Assembly: GCA_965368975.1 (NCBI GenBank)
Contig: CBDUPA010000010.1
Span: forward strand, 1-64,000
Origin: an uncultured bacterium
Lineage (GTDB): Bacteria > Acidobacteriota > Thermoanaerobaculia > Multivoradales > JAHZIX01
Length of the DNA: 64,000 nucleotides
Reading direction: 5' to 3'
Part shown: positions 10,001 through 17,949 of the stretch, piece by piece
How the letters are laid out: each line of letters opens with the position of its first letter
Position numbering within the stretch: position 1 is the stretch's first letter
Program-made: the position numbers and the translations under genes
The notes under the pieces: model-generated
Seen by the model: the letters and a program-made list of their open reading frames with translations, nothing else
Database searches by the model: none
What the model was told of the DNA's origin: nothing

Positions 10001-13000
10001 AACAAGCGCCCACGCAGGGCGACCAGCGCCAGCGCATCGTCCAGAGACACGACCTCGGCCAGCGCCGCGGCCACGTACTCGCCCAGGCTGTGCCCGATCA
10101 TCGCCGACGGCACCAACCCCCAGCTCATCCACAGGCCGGCCAGCGCGTAGGAGGTGGCGAAGAGCGCCGGCAGGGCATAGGAGGTGCGCTCGATGACCCG
10201 GGAGACAGCGTCCTCGTACTTCCGGGTCGGTTCCGTGGAGGGATAGAGCAGCTGGCGCAGGTCCCAGGCACCGAAGGGAGAGTACTCGGGCTCCGCCTGG
10301 GCCCGTTCTTCGAAGTGCGTGCGCAGGCCCTCGGCACAGGCGTCGATGTGATGCCGGTACACGGGCTCGACGCGGTACAGCTCTTCGCCCATGTGCGCGT
10401 ATTGCGCACCGCCCCCCGGGAACAGAAAGACGAGCGACCGTCGACGGGCATCGGCCTCGGGTCCGGGGGCGCGCAGCCAACGCGCCTCGTCGTCGCCGCG
10501 CAGAATCGGTAGCAGCTCGCGGGTCGCCTTACTGGTCTCCATATTGGTCGCGGGCACCACCACGGCCGCGCGTCGCGGGTGCTCGAAGCGTCCGACCTGC
10601 AAGGTGTAGGCGACGTCCGCTAGCTCTTCTTCCACACTGCTTGCCGCCAAGTGCTCCGCCAGCCGAGCCCCCGTCGCTCGCAGGGCGGACGGCGTTCGGG
10701 CCGACAGCGGCAGGAGCACAAACGGCCGCCGCGGCCCCTCGGCACTCCCGGCTTCGGCAGCGGCTGCGTCGAGGCTCTGCTCGACGACGACATGGGCATT
10801 GGTCCCTCCGACGCCCAGCGAGCTGACGCCGGCACGCCGTGGCTCGCCGTCCGCCACGGGCCAGGGCACCGGCTCGGCGTTGACGTAGAAGGGACTGGTG
10901 TCGAGGTCGAGCTGTGGATGCGGCGCCTGGAAGTTCGGGTGCGGCGGGATGACGCCCTCGTGCACCGCCAGCGCCGCCTTGATCAGGCCCGCGACGCCGG
11001 CACCGGCATTCAGGTGCCCGACGTTGGCCTTGATCGCCCCCAGCGCCACGTGGCCACGCGCCTCGACGCCGGCGAAGGCGCGGCGCAGGCCGGCGACCTC
11101 GATCGGATCGCCGAGCGCGGTGCCGGTGCCGTGGGTCTCGATGAAGCGTACGCTGTCCGCTTCGACGCCGGCACGCGCCAGCGCCGCCACCACCACCGCC
11201 GCCTGGCCGTCGACGCTGGGCGCCGTGAAACCGACTTTGGCGGCGGCGTCGTTGTTGATCGCCGAACCCCGGATGACAGCGTAGATCGAATCCCCGTCGG
11301 CGCGCGCGTCGGCCAGCCGCTTGAGCACGACGACACCGCCGCCGTCACCTCCGACCGTTCCGGCGGCCTCGGCGTCGAACGGCCGGCAACGACCGTCGGG
11401 CGACACAATGTGCCCTTCCTGGAACAGGTAGCCGTGTTTGCGCAGGCCGCCCACCGTCACGCCACCGGCCAGCGCCGCGTCGCAGTCGCCGGCCAGCAGG
11501 CTCTGGCATGCCAGGTGCACCGCCACCAGCGACGTCGAGCACGCGGTCTGCACGTTGACCGCCGGCCCAGTGAGCCGTAGCTTGTAGGCCACGCGTGTCG
11601 CCAGGCTGTCGCCCATGTTGGCCAGCTGCAATTGGTAGCGGCCTACGGCCTCGGCCAGCTCGGGATGGGCCTGCAGGTTGTTCAGGTAGGGCGAACCGGT
11701 GCCAAAGCCCGCAAAAACACCGACGTGTCCAGGCCCCGGGCCGGATCGCCCGACGAAACGTCGAGGATCGAGGCCGGCATCCTCCAGCGCATGGACCGAC
11801 ATCTCGAGCAGCAAGCGGTGCTGCGGATCGAGGATGCGCGCCTCGCCAGCGGCGTAGTCGAAGTACGCCGCATCGAAGCGCTCGACGCCGTCGAGTACGC
11901 CGAACACCGGCACATAGTCGGGCGAATGTGCCTCGGCAGGGTCGACGCCTTCGGCGATCATCTCGTCGACCTCGAAGCGCGAGAAACCCTCGAAGCCGTC
12001 GAGCAGGCGACGCCACAACTCGGGCACGTCGACGGCGCCTGGGAAGCGGCCAGCCATGCCGACGATCGCGATGCCACCGTCCGTGCCCCAACCCGCTTGC
12101 TGCAGCGGGACTTCCCGTTGCGCATCGACCACCACGCCCGACTCCATCTTCGGGTCACCGATCGACGGATCACGGCTCAACTCGGCCGCTAGCGCGCGTA
12201 CCGTCGGCAGCCGGAACAGCTCGACGACGGTCAAACCGGCGGTCAGCTCCGGCAGCTCGCGGCGCAGGCGTTCGTACACTTCGAGCAACAACATCGAATG
12301 ACCACCGAGGTCGAAGAAGGTGTCCTCGACGCCAACGTGCTCCAGTCCCAGCACCTGGCACCACAGCGCGGCGATCTGTCGTTCCAGCTTCGATCCCGGC
12401 GCCGTACCCCCGCCCGCGGCCGCGCTCCGTTGCAGCTCGCGCCGCTCCTGCGTCTCCAGCCGGTGCGCCAGAGCCTTGCGATCCAACTTGCCGCTGGTGT
12501 TGACCGGCAGCTCGTCGAGCCACAGATAGCGTGCCGGCACCATGAACTCCGGGAGCCGCTCGCCGAGAGCTTGCCGGAGTGTGCCGTCGTCGGCGTGCTC
12601 CGGCAGGGACTCCTTGGCCGGCGTCGCCACCAGGAACGCTGCCAGGCGCTGCACTTCCTGCGCTCCGAACGGCAGTACCGCCGCCGCGGCGATGCCCGAC
12701 AGGTCGGTGAGGGCGCGCTCGATCTCGCCGGTCTCGATGCGGAAGCCGCGCAACTTGAGCTGCCCGTCGAGGCGTCCGAGGAACTCGAGGCGACCATCGG
12801 CGCGCCGACGGCAGAGATCGCCGGAGCGGTACAGACGGCACCCGGGGCCTCCGGCGTTGAACGGATCGGGGATGAAGACCTCGGCGGTGAGCCGCGGACG
12901 GCGCAGGTAGCCGCGCGCCAGGCCGGGACCACCGATACACAACTCACCAGGGACACCAGCCGGTTGCAACTGCAGCTTCCGATCAAGCACGTGCAACTCG

Positions 13001-16000
13001 GTGTTGCCGATCGGCACGCCGATGGGGGTCAGCGTCTCGGTGACGACGTCATCAAGGCGGGCTGGGATGCGCTGGCGCGACGACACCACCGCCGCCTCCG
13101 TCGGGCCGTAGACGTTGTACAGATTGCCTGGCGGCGTCGCCGAACCGGCGACCGCGGTGGCGGCGTGCGGGTCGAGAGCTTCGCCGCCGACCACCACCAC
13201 GCGCATGCCGCCGAACGCCTCCGGCCCCTGGCGCGCCAGGCGGTGGAAGACGGACGCGGTCAGGCACATGACGTCGACGCCAGCCTGCGCGACGCCTTGC
13301 GGCGTCAACATTACCTGCGGCGACAGCACCGTCAGACAACCGCCGTTGGTCAGGGGACCCCAGATCTCACAGCAGGAGGCATCGAAGGAGATGCTCGCCA
13401 GCTGCGCTACGCGCTCGCCCGGCCGGTGCTGGAAGAAGTTCTGCCGCGTCAAGCGCAGGATGGCCTGGTGCGGCAAACCGGCTCCCTTGGGTTGCCCCGT
13501 GGAACCGGACGTGTAAATGACGTAGGCCAGATGCTGGTCCGAGTCGGCAAGTGCTTCTTGGCCTGGTGCCGGCACGGCGGGAGCCGAGGAAGACGACACC
13601 CAGGCGGAGGACTGCAGCAAACGATCCAGATCCCAGCACCGCACGCCTTCGGGCACCAAGCCGGTGAAGCGCTCGGTCAGGCGCGCGTCCGCCAGCACCT
13701 GGCGCACCCCCGCGTCCTCGAGCACGAAGCGCAAGCGGTCGTCGGGATACTCGGGATCGAGCGGCAGGTAGGCACCACCGGCCTTGAGGATGCCCAGCAT
13801 GCCGGCCAGCATCGCCGCGCGACGCTCCACCGCCAGGCCGACGATCGATTCACGGCCCACGCCCGCGTCACGCAGACGACGCGCCACCGCCTCGGCGCGC
13901 TGGTCGAGCTCACGGTAGGTCCAGCACAGCGGCGCCTCCTCGCCGTTCGGTCCGCACACCGTGCGATCTTCCACCGCCGGTGCGCCCGGCGTGCGCGCCA
14001 CCCAGCTGGCGAAATGACTGTCGAGGGTGGCAGTGGGCAGTGCCACGAAGGTGTCGTTGCACTCCCACAACAGCTGGTGCCGCTCTGCTGGTGCCAGCAA
14101 CGGCAACGCCGAGAGGCGCGTTGCAGCGCCGGTCGACGCCGTCACGCTGGCTAGCAGCGTGACGTACTGCTGCCACATACGACGCATGGTGGTGGCGTCG
14201 AAGAGGTCGGCGTTGTACTCCCAGAGAAAGCGCAGTTCCTCGTAGCTCTCCTCCCCCTTTGCTCGTGCACTGCCCGCCCGCTGCGACGCCCGCGGCATGG
14301 CGATGACGTTCAGGTCCGCCTTGGCCGAGCCGTTGTGCGGAATGATGAACTCGCCCTGCAAGCCGCCGAAGTCGAAGTCGGGCAGCGGTGAGTCGTGGAA
14401 GCTGAAGGTCACCTGCAGCATCGGCGTGATGCCCGGTCGCCGCTCCGGCTGCAGGATCTCGACCACCTTGCGCAGCGGAAAGTCCTGGTGAGCGTGCGCT
14501 TCCAGCACGGTGCGCCGCACCCGCCGCAGCAGCTCGCCGAAGGTCGGGTCACCTCCGGCGTCGGTGCGCAGCACCACCGTGTTGACGATCATGCCGATCA
14601 TCGGCTCGATCTCGCGCAGCCGCCGGTTGGCGAAGGCGCTGCCCACCGGCAAGTCGGCACTGCCGGTGTAGCGGTGCAGTAACACGTAGTAGGCCGCCAA
14701 GCAGAGGAAGAAGAGCGTCACGCCTTGCTGCCGGCCGAGCGCCTGCAGGTCACGATAGAGCCACGGCGGGATCAGCTCCTGCACGATGCCGCCTTGGAAG
14801 CCGAAGACCTCCGGCCGCGGGTGGTCCGTCGGCAGATCGAGCATCGGCGGCGCCCCGGCCAGCTTCTGCGTCCAGAAAGCCAGCTGGCCGTCGAGTCCGC
14901 CGCTGTCGTACCAGCGTCGCTGCCAGCGCGCAAAATCCTGGTACTGCACCGGCAGCTCCGGCAAGGGAGACGGCTCTCCGTGCAGAAACGCTTCGTACAA
15001 GACCTGCATCTCGCGCAGGATCAGGCCGACCGACCAGCCGTCGTGGACGAAGTGCTGCTCGACCTGCAACAGGTACTGCACGCGCGGCGCTTGCCGCCCC
15101 CTTTCAAGCCCCTTCTCTTCGAGGTCCTTCTCTTCGAAGAAGAGCGTCCAGCGCAGCAGCGGCAGATCCATGAAGTCGAACGGCCGGTGGATCTCGCGCT
15201 GGATCAGCCGGTCCTGCTCGACCTTGCGCGCCGCGACCGGCAGACCCGTCAGGTCGACCACTGGAATGGTCACCCGCCATGGCTCGGCCAGCACTTGCAC
15301 CGGACGCCCATCCGGTCCGGCCGGAAAGCGCGTGTGCAGCACCTCGTGGCGACGCACGATCTCGGTGAAGGCACGTTCGAGCACGTCGAGCCGCAGGTCC
15401 CCGGTCAGCCGCTGGCCGAACTGCGTGTTGTAGGCCAGATTCGTCGGTGCCAGCCGCCCGAGGAACCACACCTGCTCCTGGGTGAACGACAGTGGTGCCA
15501 CACCGTCGCGCGGCGGTGGCAAGATCGGCGGAATCACCGTCTCCTCGACGGCGTGGTTCTCCCCGCGGGAATCGATCCAGCGGGCCAGCTCGGCCACCGT
15601 TGGCCCGTCGTAGACCACCATCGCCGGCAACTGGACATCGAACTCCTTGCGCACGCGCGTGATCAGCCGTGCCACCACCAGCGAGTGCGCCCCGAGCTGC
15701 ATCAGATCCTCGCCGGTGCCGACCCGGTCGAGGCCGAGCAGTTCCTGGACGATGGCCACCACGGCGGCTTCGGTCGGCGTCGCGGGTGCGTCGAGATCAG
15801 CGTCGGTGCGACTGTCCTCAGGATCCGGTAGCAGCTGCTCCGCCAGCGCCCGACGATCGACCTTGCCGCTGGCGTTGTGCGGTAGGCGGTCGAGCCAGAC
15901 CAGCGTCGAGGGCACCATGTAGGGTGGTAGGGAGGCTTCCAGGTGGCGTCGGAGATCCTGCTCGGGATCTACCCCCACCCACCCAGGGCGGCCACATGGG

Positions 16001-17679
16001 GCCGCCCCTACACCAGAACCGAGCTGTACAGAACCGGGCTGTGATCTGGGTAGGGGCACCCCCATGTGGGTGCCCTCTGGGGCGGGCGGGGTTCCCGGCG
16101 CGACGGGGCCTTTCGGCTGCGCCGATCCCGCCACCCAGGCCACCAGCCGCGCATCTCCCGCCACCTCCCGCACCTCGACCACCGCGTCGCGTACGCCTGG
16201 ATGTGCCAGCAACACCGCCTCGATCTCGCCCAACTCGATGCGGAAGCCCCGCACCTTCACCTGCTGGTCGATCCGTCCCAGGAACTCGATCTGTCCCACT
16301 GCTGGGCCCGACGCGGCACGCCGCACCAGGTCCCCGCTGTGATAGCGCCGCGCCCCCGGGACCGGGTTGCCGTCCGGCCCCGACGCGGGATCGGGACGAA
16401 ACCGCTCCGCCGTCAAACACGGACGACCGAGATAGCCGCGCCCCAGTCCCAAGCCCCCGAGCACCAACTCGCCCGACTCACCGTTGGGCAGTTCTTGACC
16501 CTCGCGGTCGAGCACGTAGAGCGAGCGCCCGGGCAAGGCGTAGCCAATCGGGATGCGCTCCAGCTTGTCGAGCGCCGGTAGCGTCCGCGGCAGTGGATAG
16601 ATCAGCGCCGACACCGTCGTTTCGGAGGGGCCATAGGCGTTGATCACCTGGACGCGCGCCGGCCCCGTTGCCGCTCCTGGTCCGGATCGCCCAACCGTCA
16701 GCTGCGTCCACAACCGGGCCGGCACCGGCAGCATGGCTTCTCCGCCGGCCAGCACACAGCGCAGCGAACCGGTATCCACGCGAGCGGCATCGATCCCGCC
16801 CGATGCCAGCAGCGCCGTCTCCTGCGCCACCGCCTGCCAGTACGCCGTCGACATGTTGAGCACCGTCACGCCCAGGCGTGCCGCCCGCGCGAAGAACTCC
16901 GCCGGATGCCACAGTTCGCGCACCAGGATCAACGCGCCGCCATTGCACAGCGGCTGCCACAGCTGCTCCACCGACAGATCGAACGCCAGCGTCGCCACCA
17001 GCAGCCGTCGCTCCGCGCTGTCGTCTGCACCCCGTGGCACTGAGCCCCCCCGCCGTTCCGACCAGCCCGAGCGTCGCTGCAACTGCCCCTGGCGCACCAT
17101 GTGCGCCGCCGCCACCCCGTGCGGGATCACCACCGCCTTCGGCCGTCCCGTCGAGCCCGAGGTGTAGATCAGGTAGCCGGTCGTCTCAGCGTGCGCCAGC
17201 TCGGGCAGCGGTGTCGCATCCGTGACCTCGGCCAGCAGTCGAGCCACGCGCCGCGCCAACACCGCCGGCAATCGATCCTCGAACCCCGCATTGGTCAAGG
17301 CCAGCGCCGCGCCGCTGTCCTCCAGCAAGAAGGTCATGCGAGCGTCCGGATTGCCCGGATCGAGCGGAAGATACGCGCCCCCCGCCTTGGCAATCGCCAG
17401 CAACGCCACCGTCAATTCCAGGCAGCGCGGCAGACAGACTCCCACCGGCACTTCCGGCCCCACGCCCCGCAGGCGCAGTGCGCGCGCGAGGCGCGTGCTC
17501 AGACGGTCGAGTTCGCCATAGCTGAGAACGCGCTCGCAGCCCGACGCCGCGTCTTCCACGACCGCCACCGCGTCCGGCCGTCGAGATACCCACCACGAGA
17601 ACACCTGGTGCAGACGAAGATCTTCGCTCTCACCGCTCGACCCCATAGCGAGCACTTCCACGTTTTCGCTCCAAACCAT
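7069..17679 (-). CDS. Hybrid NRPS-PKS: A-T-C-A-T-KS-AT-KR-ACP
   Basis: Two A domains (YTSGSTGRPK, YTSGSTGQPK); T motifs LGAHSL and LGGHSM; C motif EQHFVHDG; KS TACSTS, HGTGT and KANVGHL; AT GHSLG...VAAHS; KR TGGLGNVG and YAAAN; ACP LGGHSL. ATG 17679 is preferred to TTG 17685 because GAGGAG lies 8 nt upstream. Confidence 0.96.
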   Translation of the reverse strand: MVWSENVEVLAMGSSGESEDLRLHQVFSWWVSRRPDAVAVVEDAASGCERVLSYGELDRLSTRLARALRLRGVGPEVPVGVCLPRCLELTVALLAIAKAGGAYLPLDPGNPDARMTFLLEDSGAALALTNAGFEDRLPAVLARRVARLLAEVTDATPLPELAHAETTGYLIYTSGSTGRPKAVVIPHGVAAAHMVRQGQLQRRSGWSERRGGSVPRGADDSAERRLLVATLAFDLSVEQLWQPLCNGGALILVRELWHPAEFFARAARLGVTVLNMSTAYWQAVAQETALLASGGIDAARVDTGSLRCVLAGGEAMLPVPARLWTQLTVGRSGPGAATGPARVQVINAYGPSETTVSALIYPLPRTLPALDKLERIPIGYALPGRSLYVLDREGQELPNGESGELVLGGLGLGRGYLGRPCLTAERFRPDPASGPDGNPVPGARRYHSGDLVRRAASGPAVGQIEFLGRIDQQVKVRGFRIELGEIEAVLLAHPGVRDAVVEVREVAGDARLVAWVAGSAQPKGPVAPGTPPAPEGTHMGVPLPRSQPGSVQLGSGVGAAPCGRPGWVGVDPEQDLRRHLEASLPPYMVPSTLVWLDRLPHNASGKVDRRALAEQLLPDPEDSRTDADLDAPATPTEAAVVAIVQELLGLDRVGTGEDLMQLGAHSLVVARLITRVRKEFDVQLPAMVVYDGPTVAELARWIDSRGENHAVEETVIPPILPPPRDGVAPLSFTQEQVWFLGRLAPTNLAYNTQFGQRLTGDLRLDVLERAFTEIVRRHEVLHTRFPAGPDGRPVQVLAEPWRVTIPVVDLTGLPVAARKVEQDRLIQREIHRPFDFMDLPLLRWTLFFEEKDLEEKGLERGRQAPRVQYLLQVEQHFVHDGWSVGLILREMQVLYEAFLHGEPSPLPELPVQYQDFARWQRRWYDSGGLDGQLAFWTQKLAGAPPMLDLPTDHPRPEVFGFQGGIVQELIPPWLYRDLQALGRQQGVTLFFLCLAAYYVLLHRYTGSADLPVGSAFANRRLREIEPMIGMIVNTVVLRTDAGGDPTFGELLRRVRRTVLEAHAHQDFPLRKVVEILQPERRPGITPMLQVTFSFHDSPLPDFDFGGLQGEFIIPHNGSAKADLNVIAMPRASQRAGSARAKGEESYEELRFLWEYNADLFDATTMRRMWQQYVTLLASVTASTGAATRLSALPLLAPAERHQLLWECNDTFVALPTATLDSHFASWVARTPGAPAVEDRTVCGPNGEEAPLCWTYRELDQRAEAVARRLRDAGVGRESIVGLAVERRAAMLAGMLGILKAGGAYLPLDPEYPDDRLRFVLEDAGVRQVLADARLTERFTGLVPEGVRCWDLDRLLQSSAWVSSSSAPAVPAPGQEALADSDQHLAYVIYTSGSTGQPKGAGLPHQAILRLTRQNFFQHRPGERVAQLASISFDASCCEIWGPLTNGGCLTVLSPQVMLTPQGVAQAGVDVMCLTASVFHRLARQGPEAFGGMRVVVVGGEALDPHAATAVAGSATPPGNLYNVYGPTEAAVVSSRQRIPARLDDVVTETLTPIGVPIGNTELHVLDRKLQLQPAGVPGELCIGGPGLARGYLRRPRLTAEVFIPDPFNAGGPGCRLYRSGDLCRRRADGRLEFLGRLDGQLKLRGFRIETGEIERALTDLSGIAAAAVLPFGAQEVQRLAAFLVATPAKESLPEHADDGTLRQALGERLPEFMVPARYLWLDELPVNTSGKLDRKALAHRLETQERRELQRSAAAGGGTAPGSKLERQIAALWCQVLGLEHVGVEDTFFDLGGHSMLLLEVYERLRRELPELTAGLTVVELFRLPTVRALAAELSRDPSIGDPKMESGVVVDAQREVPLQQAGWGTDGGIAIVGMAGRFPGAVDVPELWRRLLDGFEGFSRFEVDEMIAEGVDPAEAHSPDYVPVFGVLDGVERFDAAYFDYAAGEARILDPQHRLLLEMSVHALEDAGLDPRRFVGRSGPGPGHVGVFAGFGTGSPYLNNLQAHPELAEAVGRYQLQLANMGDSLATRVAYKLRLTGPAVNVQTACSTSLVAVHLACQSLLAGDCDAALAGGVTVGGLRKHGYLFQEGHIVSPDGRCRPFDAEAAGTVGGDGGGVVVLKRLADARADGDSIYAVIRGSAINNDAAAKVGFTAPSVDGQAAVVVAALARAGVEADSVRFIETHGTGTALGDPIEVAGLRRAFAGVEARGHVALGAIKANVGHLNAGAGVAGLIKAALAVHEGVIPPHPNFQAPHPQLDLDTSPFYVNAEPVPWPVADGEPRRAGVSSLGVGGTNAHVVVEQSLDAAAAEAGSAEGPRRPFVLLPLSARTPSALRATGARLAEHLAASSVEEELADVAYTLQVGRFEHPRRAAVVVPATNMETSKATRELLPILRGDDEARWLRAPGPEADARRRSLVFLFPGGGAQYAHMGEELYRVEPVYRHHIDACAEGLRTHFEERAQAEPEYSPFGAWDLRQLLYPSTEPTRKYEDAVSRVIERTSYALPALFATSYALAGLWMSWGLVPSAMIGHSLGEYVAAALAEVVSLDDALALVALRGRLFDQLPAGAMLSVPLGEAALRARLREEAAARVGEGPLSIAAVNAPDLCVASGPVERIEALRVRLAAEGLEVRRLHIEVAAHSSMVEPILQRFEAFVASLDLHAPRIPYISNVTGTWITEDDVRDPGYWRRHLRGTVRYAEGVGVLLDDPDAALVEAGPGHTLSTLARRHPSWRPDQPVLTSLRHPKDPQSDVGFALTTLARLWAAGAAVDWNAFCGQTDERRCKLRLPGYPFESPDPESLWVPFRRTEHSSRGDTAASSMRRLPPKETDVTRWFWTPAWRQRPLATPRPVAEDARGWLLVLDADATSQAVASALRARLIEDGVSVRVLEAVGGSTDVEEIDLEALSTIAVLTGLGAPPPHVEPALEAELWRGYGAVLAVARRLAELAQQPGDALPVLLYAGQHLHAVLPGDRVVPERAPALGPLLVLPQESDARHVRCRAVDLDAALLDSGALDAGALDTGTVARILQAEATDTSDATVVAWRGGRRWCQGFESLSLAAESLAAGSLVAPVDAGEPTPTRRGVYLLTGGLGNVGLRLAEWLLRDHQATVILTHRSELPPRAAWTASMPEHPDARPALRRLAELESLARAQGGEVVTHRADVADRAAMTDLAAEIAARWGRLDGVVHGAGELLRSDGVGEGKGLLHRLPDTDRELSAAQFRPKITGTRRLARMLDELRVEHGIEPRFCVLLSSLASVLGGVGFAGYAAANLYLDAYAAAHTGGHPHGGAPTQRVATRWLSTNWDAWTRIGEEDGPSATPTNSLTRYLMTPAESVDAFRRTLAAGEGLGRALEQIAVASGDLAARLALWRGGAAAESSAGTRAQPNSSVSQSTGPLGGASTTPESATGEPQDPLEAQVAEIWGLFLGTSGGSAPGRHDNFFELGGHSLMGSRLMARLRQTFDVELPMAHLFEFPTIAGLTAQIQAEQGNGAAAVAGAPQIEEPSLDQGADELAAVLAEVEGLSDEDLEAQLRELTAEVAS
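7817..7842 (+). repeat. GTAG-family REP-like palindrome inside the KR coding region
   Basis: GTAG-GGGCACCC-CCGTGT-GGGTGCCC, a perfect 8-bp stem. 7812-7847 matches 16045-16080 at 34/36 nt. Confidence 0.8.
15986..16075. repeat. Inverted pair of GTAG REP-like palindromes (BIME/REPIN-like) inside the first A domain
   Basis: Minus copy GTAG-GGGCGGCC-CCATGT-GGCCGCCC (16011-15986) and plus copy GTAG-GGGCACCC-CCATGT-GGGTGCCC (16050-16075), 38 nt apart. Confidence 0.8.
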
Positions 17680-17800
17680 CTGCAATACTCCTCAGCGTCT
17701 CGCTGAAGTGGATTCCGAAGAACTGGCTTGTAGCTACGTGGAGTGTCGGGGAAGGTTGCGGGCGGGGAGGAGAAGCGGAGATGAGCTGAGAGGCAAGCAG

Positions 17801-17831
17801 GGACGGCCGGTTCTTCGCTAACCAGCCGTCC
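17801..17831 (-). terminator. Stem-loop between the cytochrome gene and the NRPS-PKS (possible terminator or attenuator)
   Basis: 12-bp stem GGACGGCTGGTT/AACCGGCCGTCC on the minus strand, with one G-U pair and a 7-nt loop. The U tract is weak. Confidence 0.35.
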
Positions 17832-17949
17832 GACAGAAGCTCAACCGGCGCAGTCGCGGGCCATGATCGGGCAGGTGTTGCAGCAGGTCGGCTCAGGTGC
17901 AGCTTCTTGCGCCCCGACCCAGACTCAAATCTCCTCTGACTCTAGAAAC

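Noticed and set aside
12298-14154. 618-aa plus-strand ORF and the many other plus-strand ORFs in 1-17.7 kb
   Set aside because: They are antisense to motif-rich NRPS/PKS frames and have no recognisable domains.
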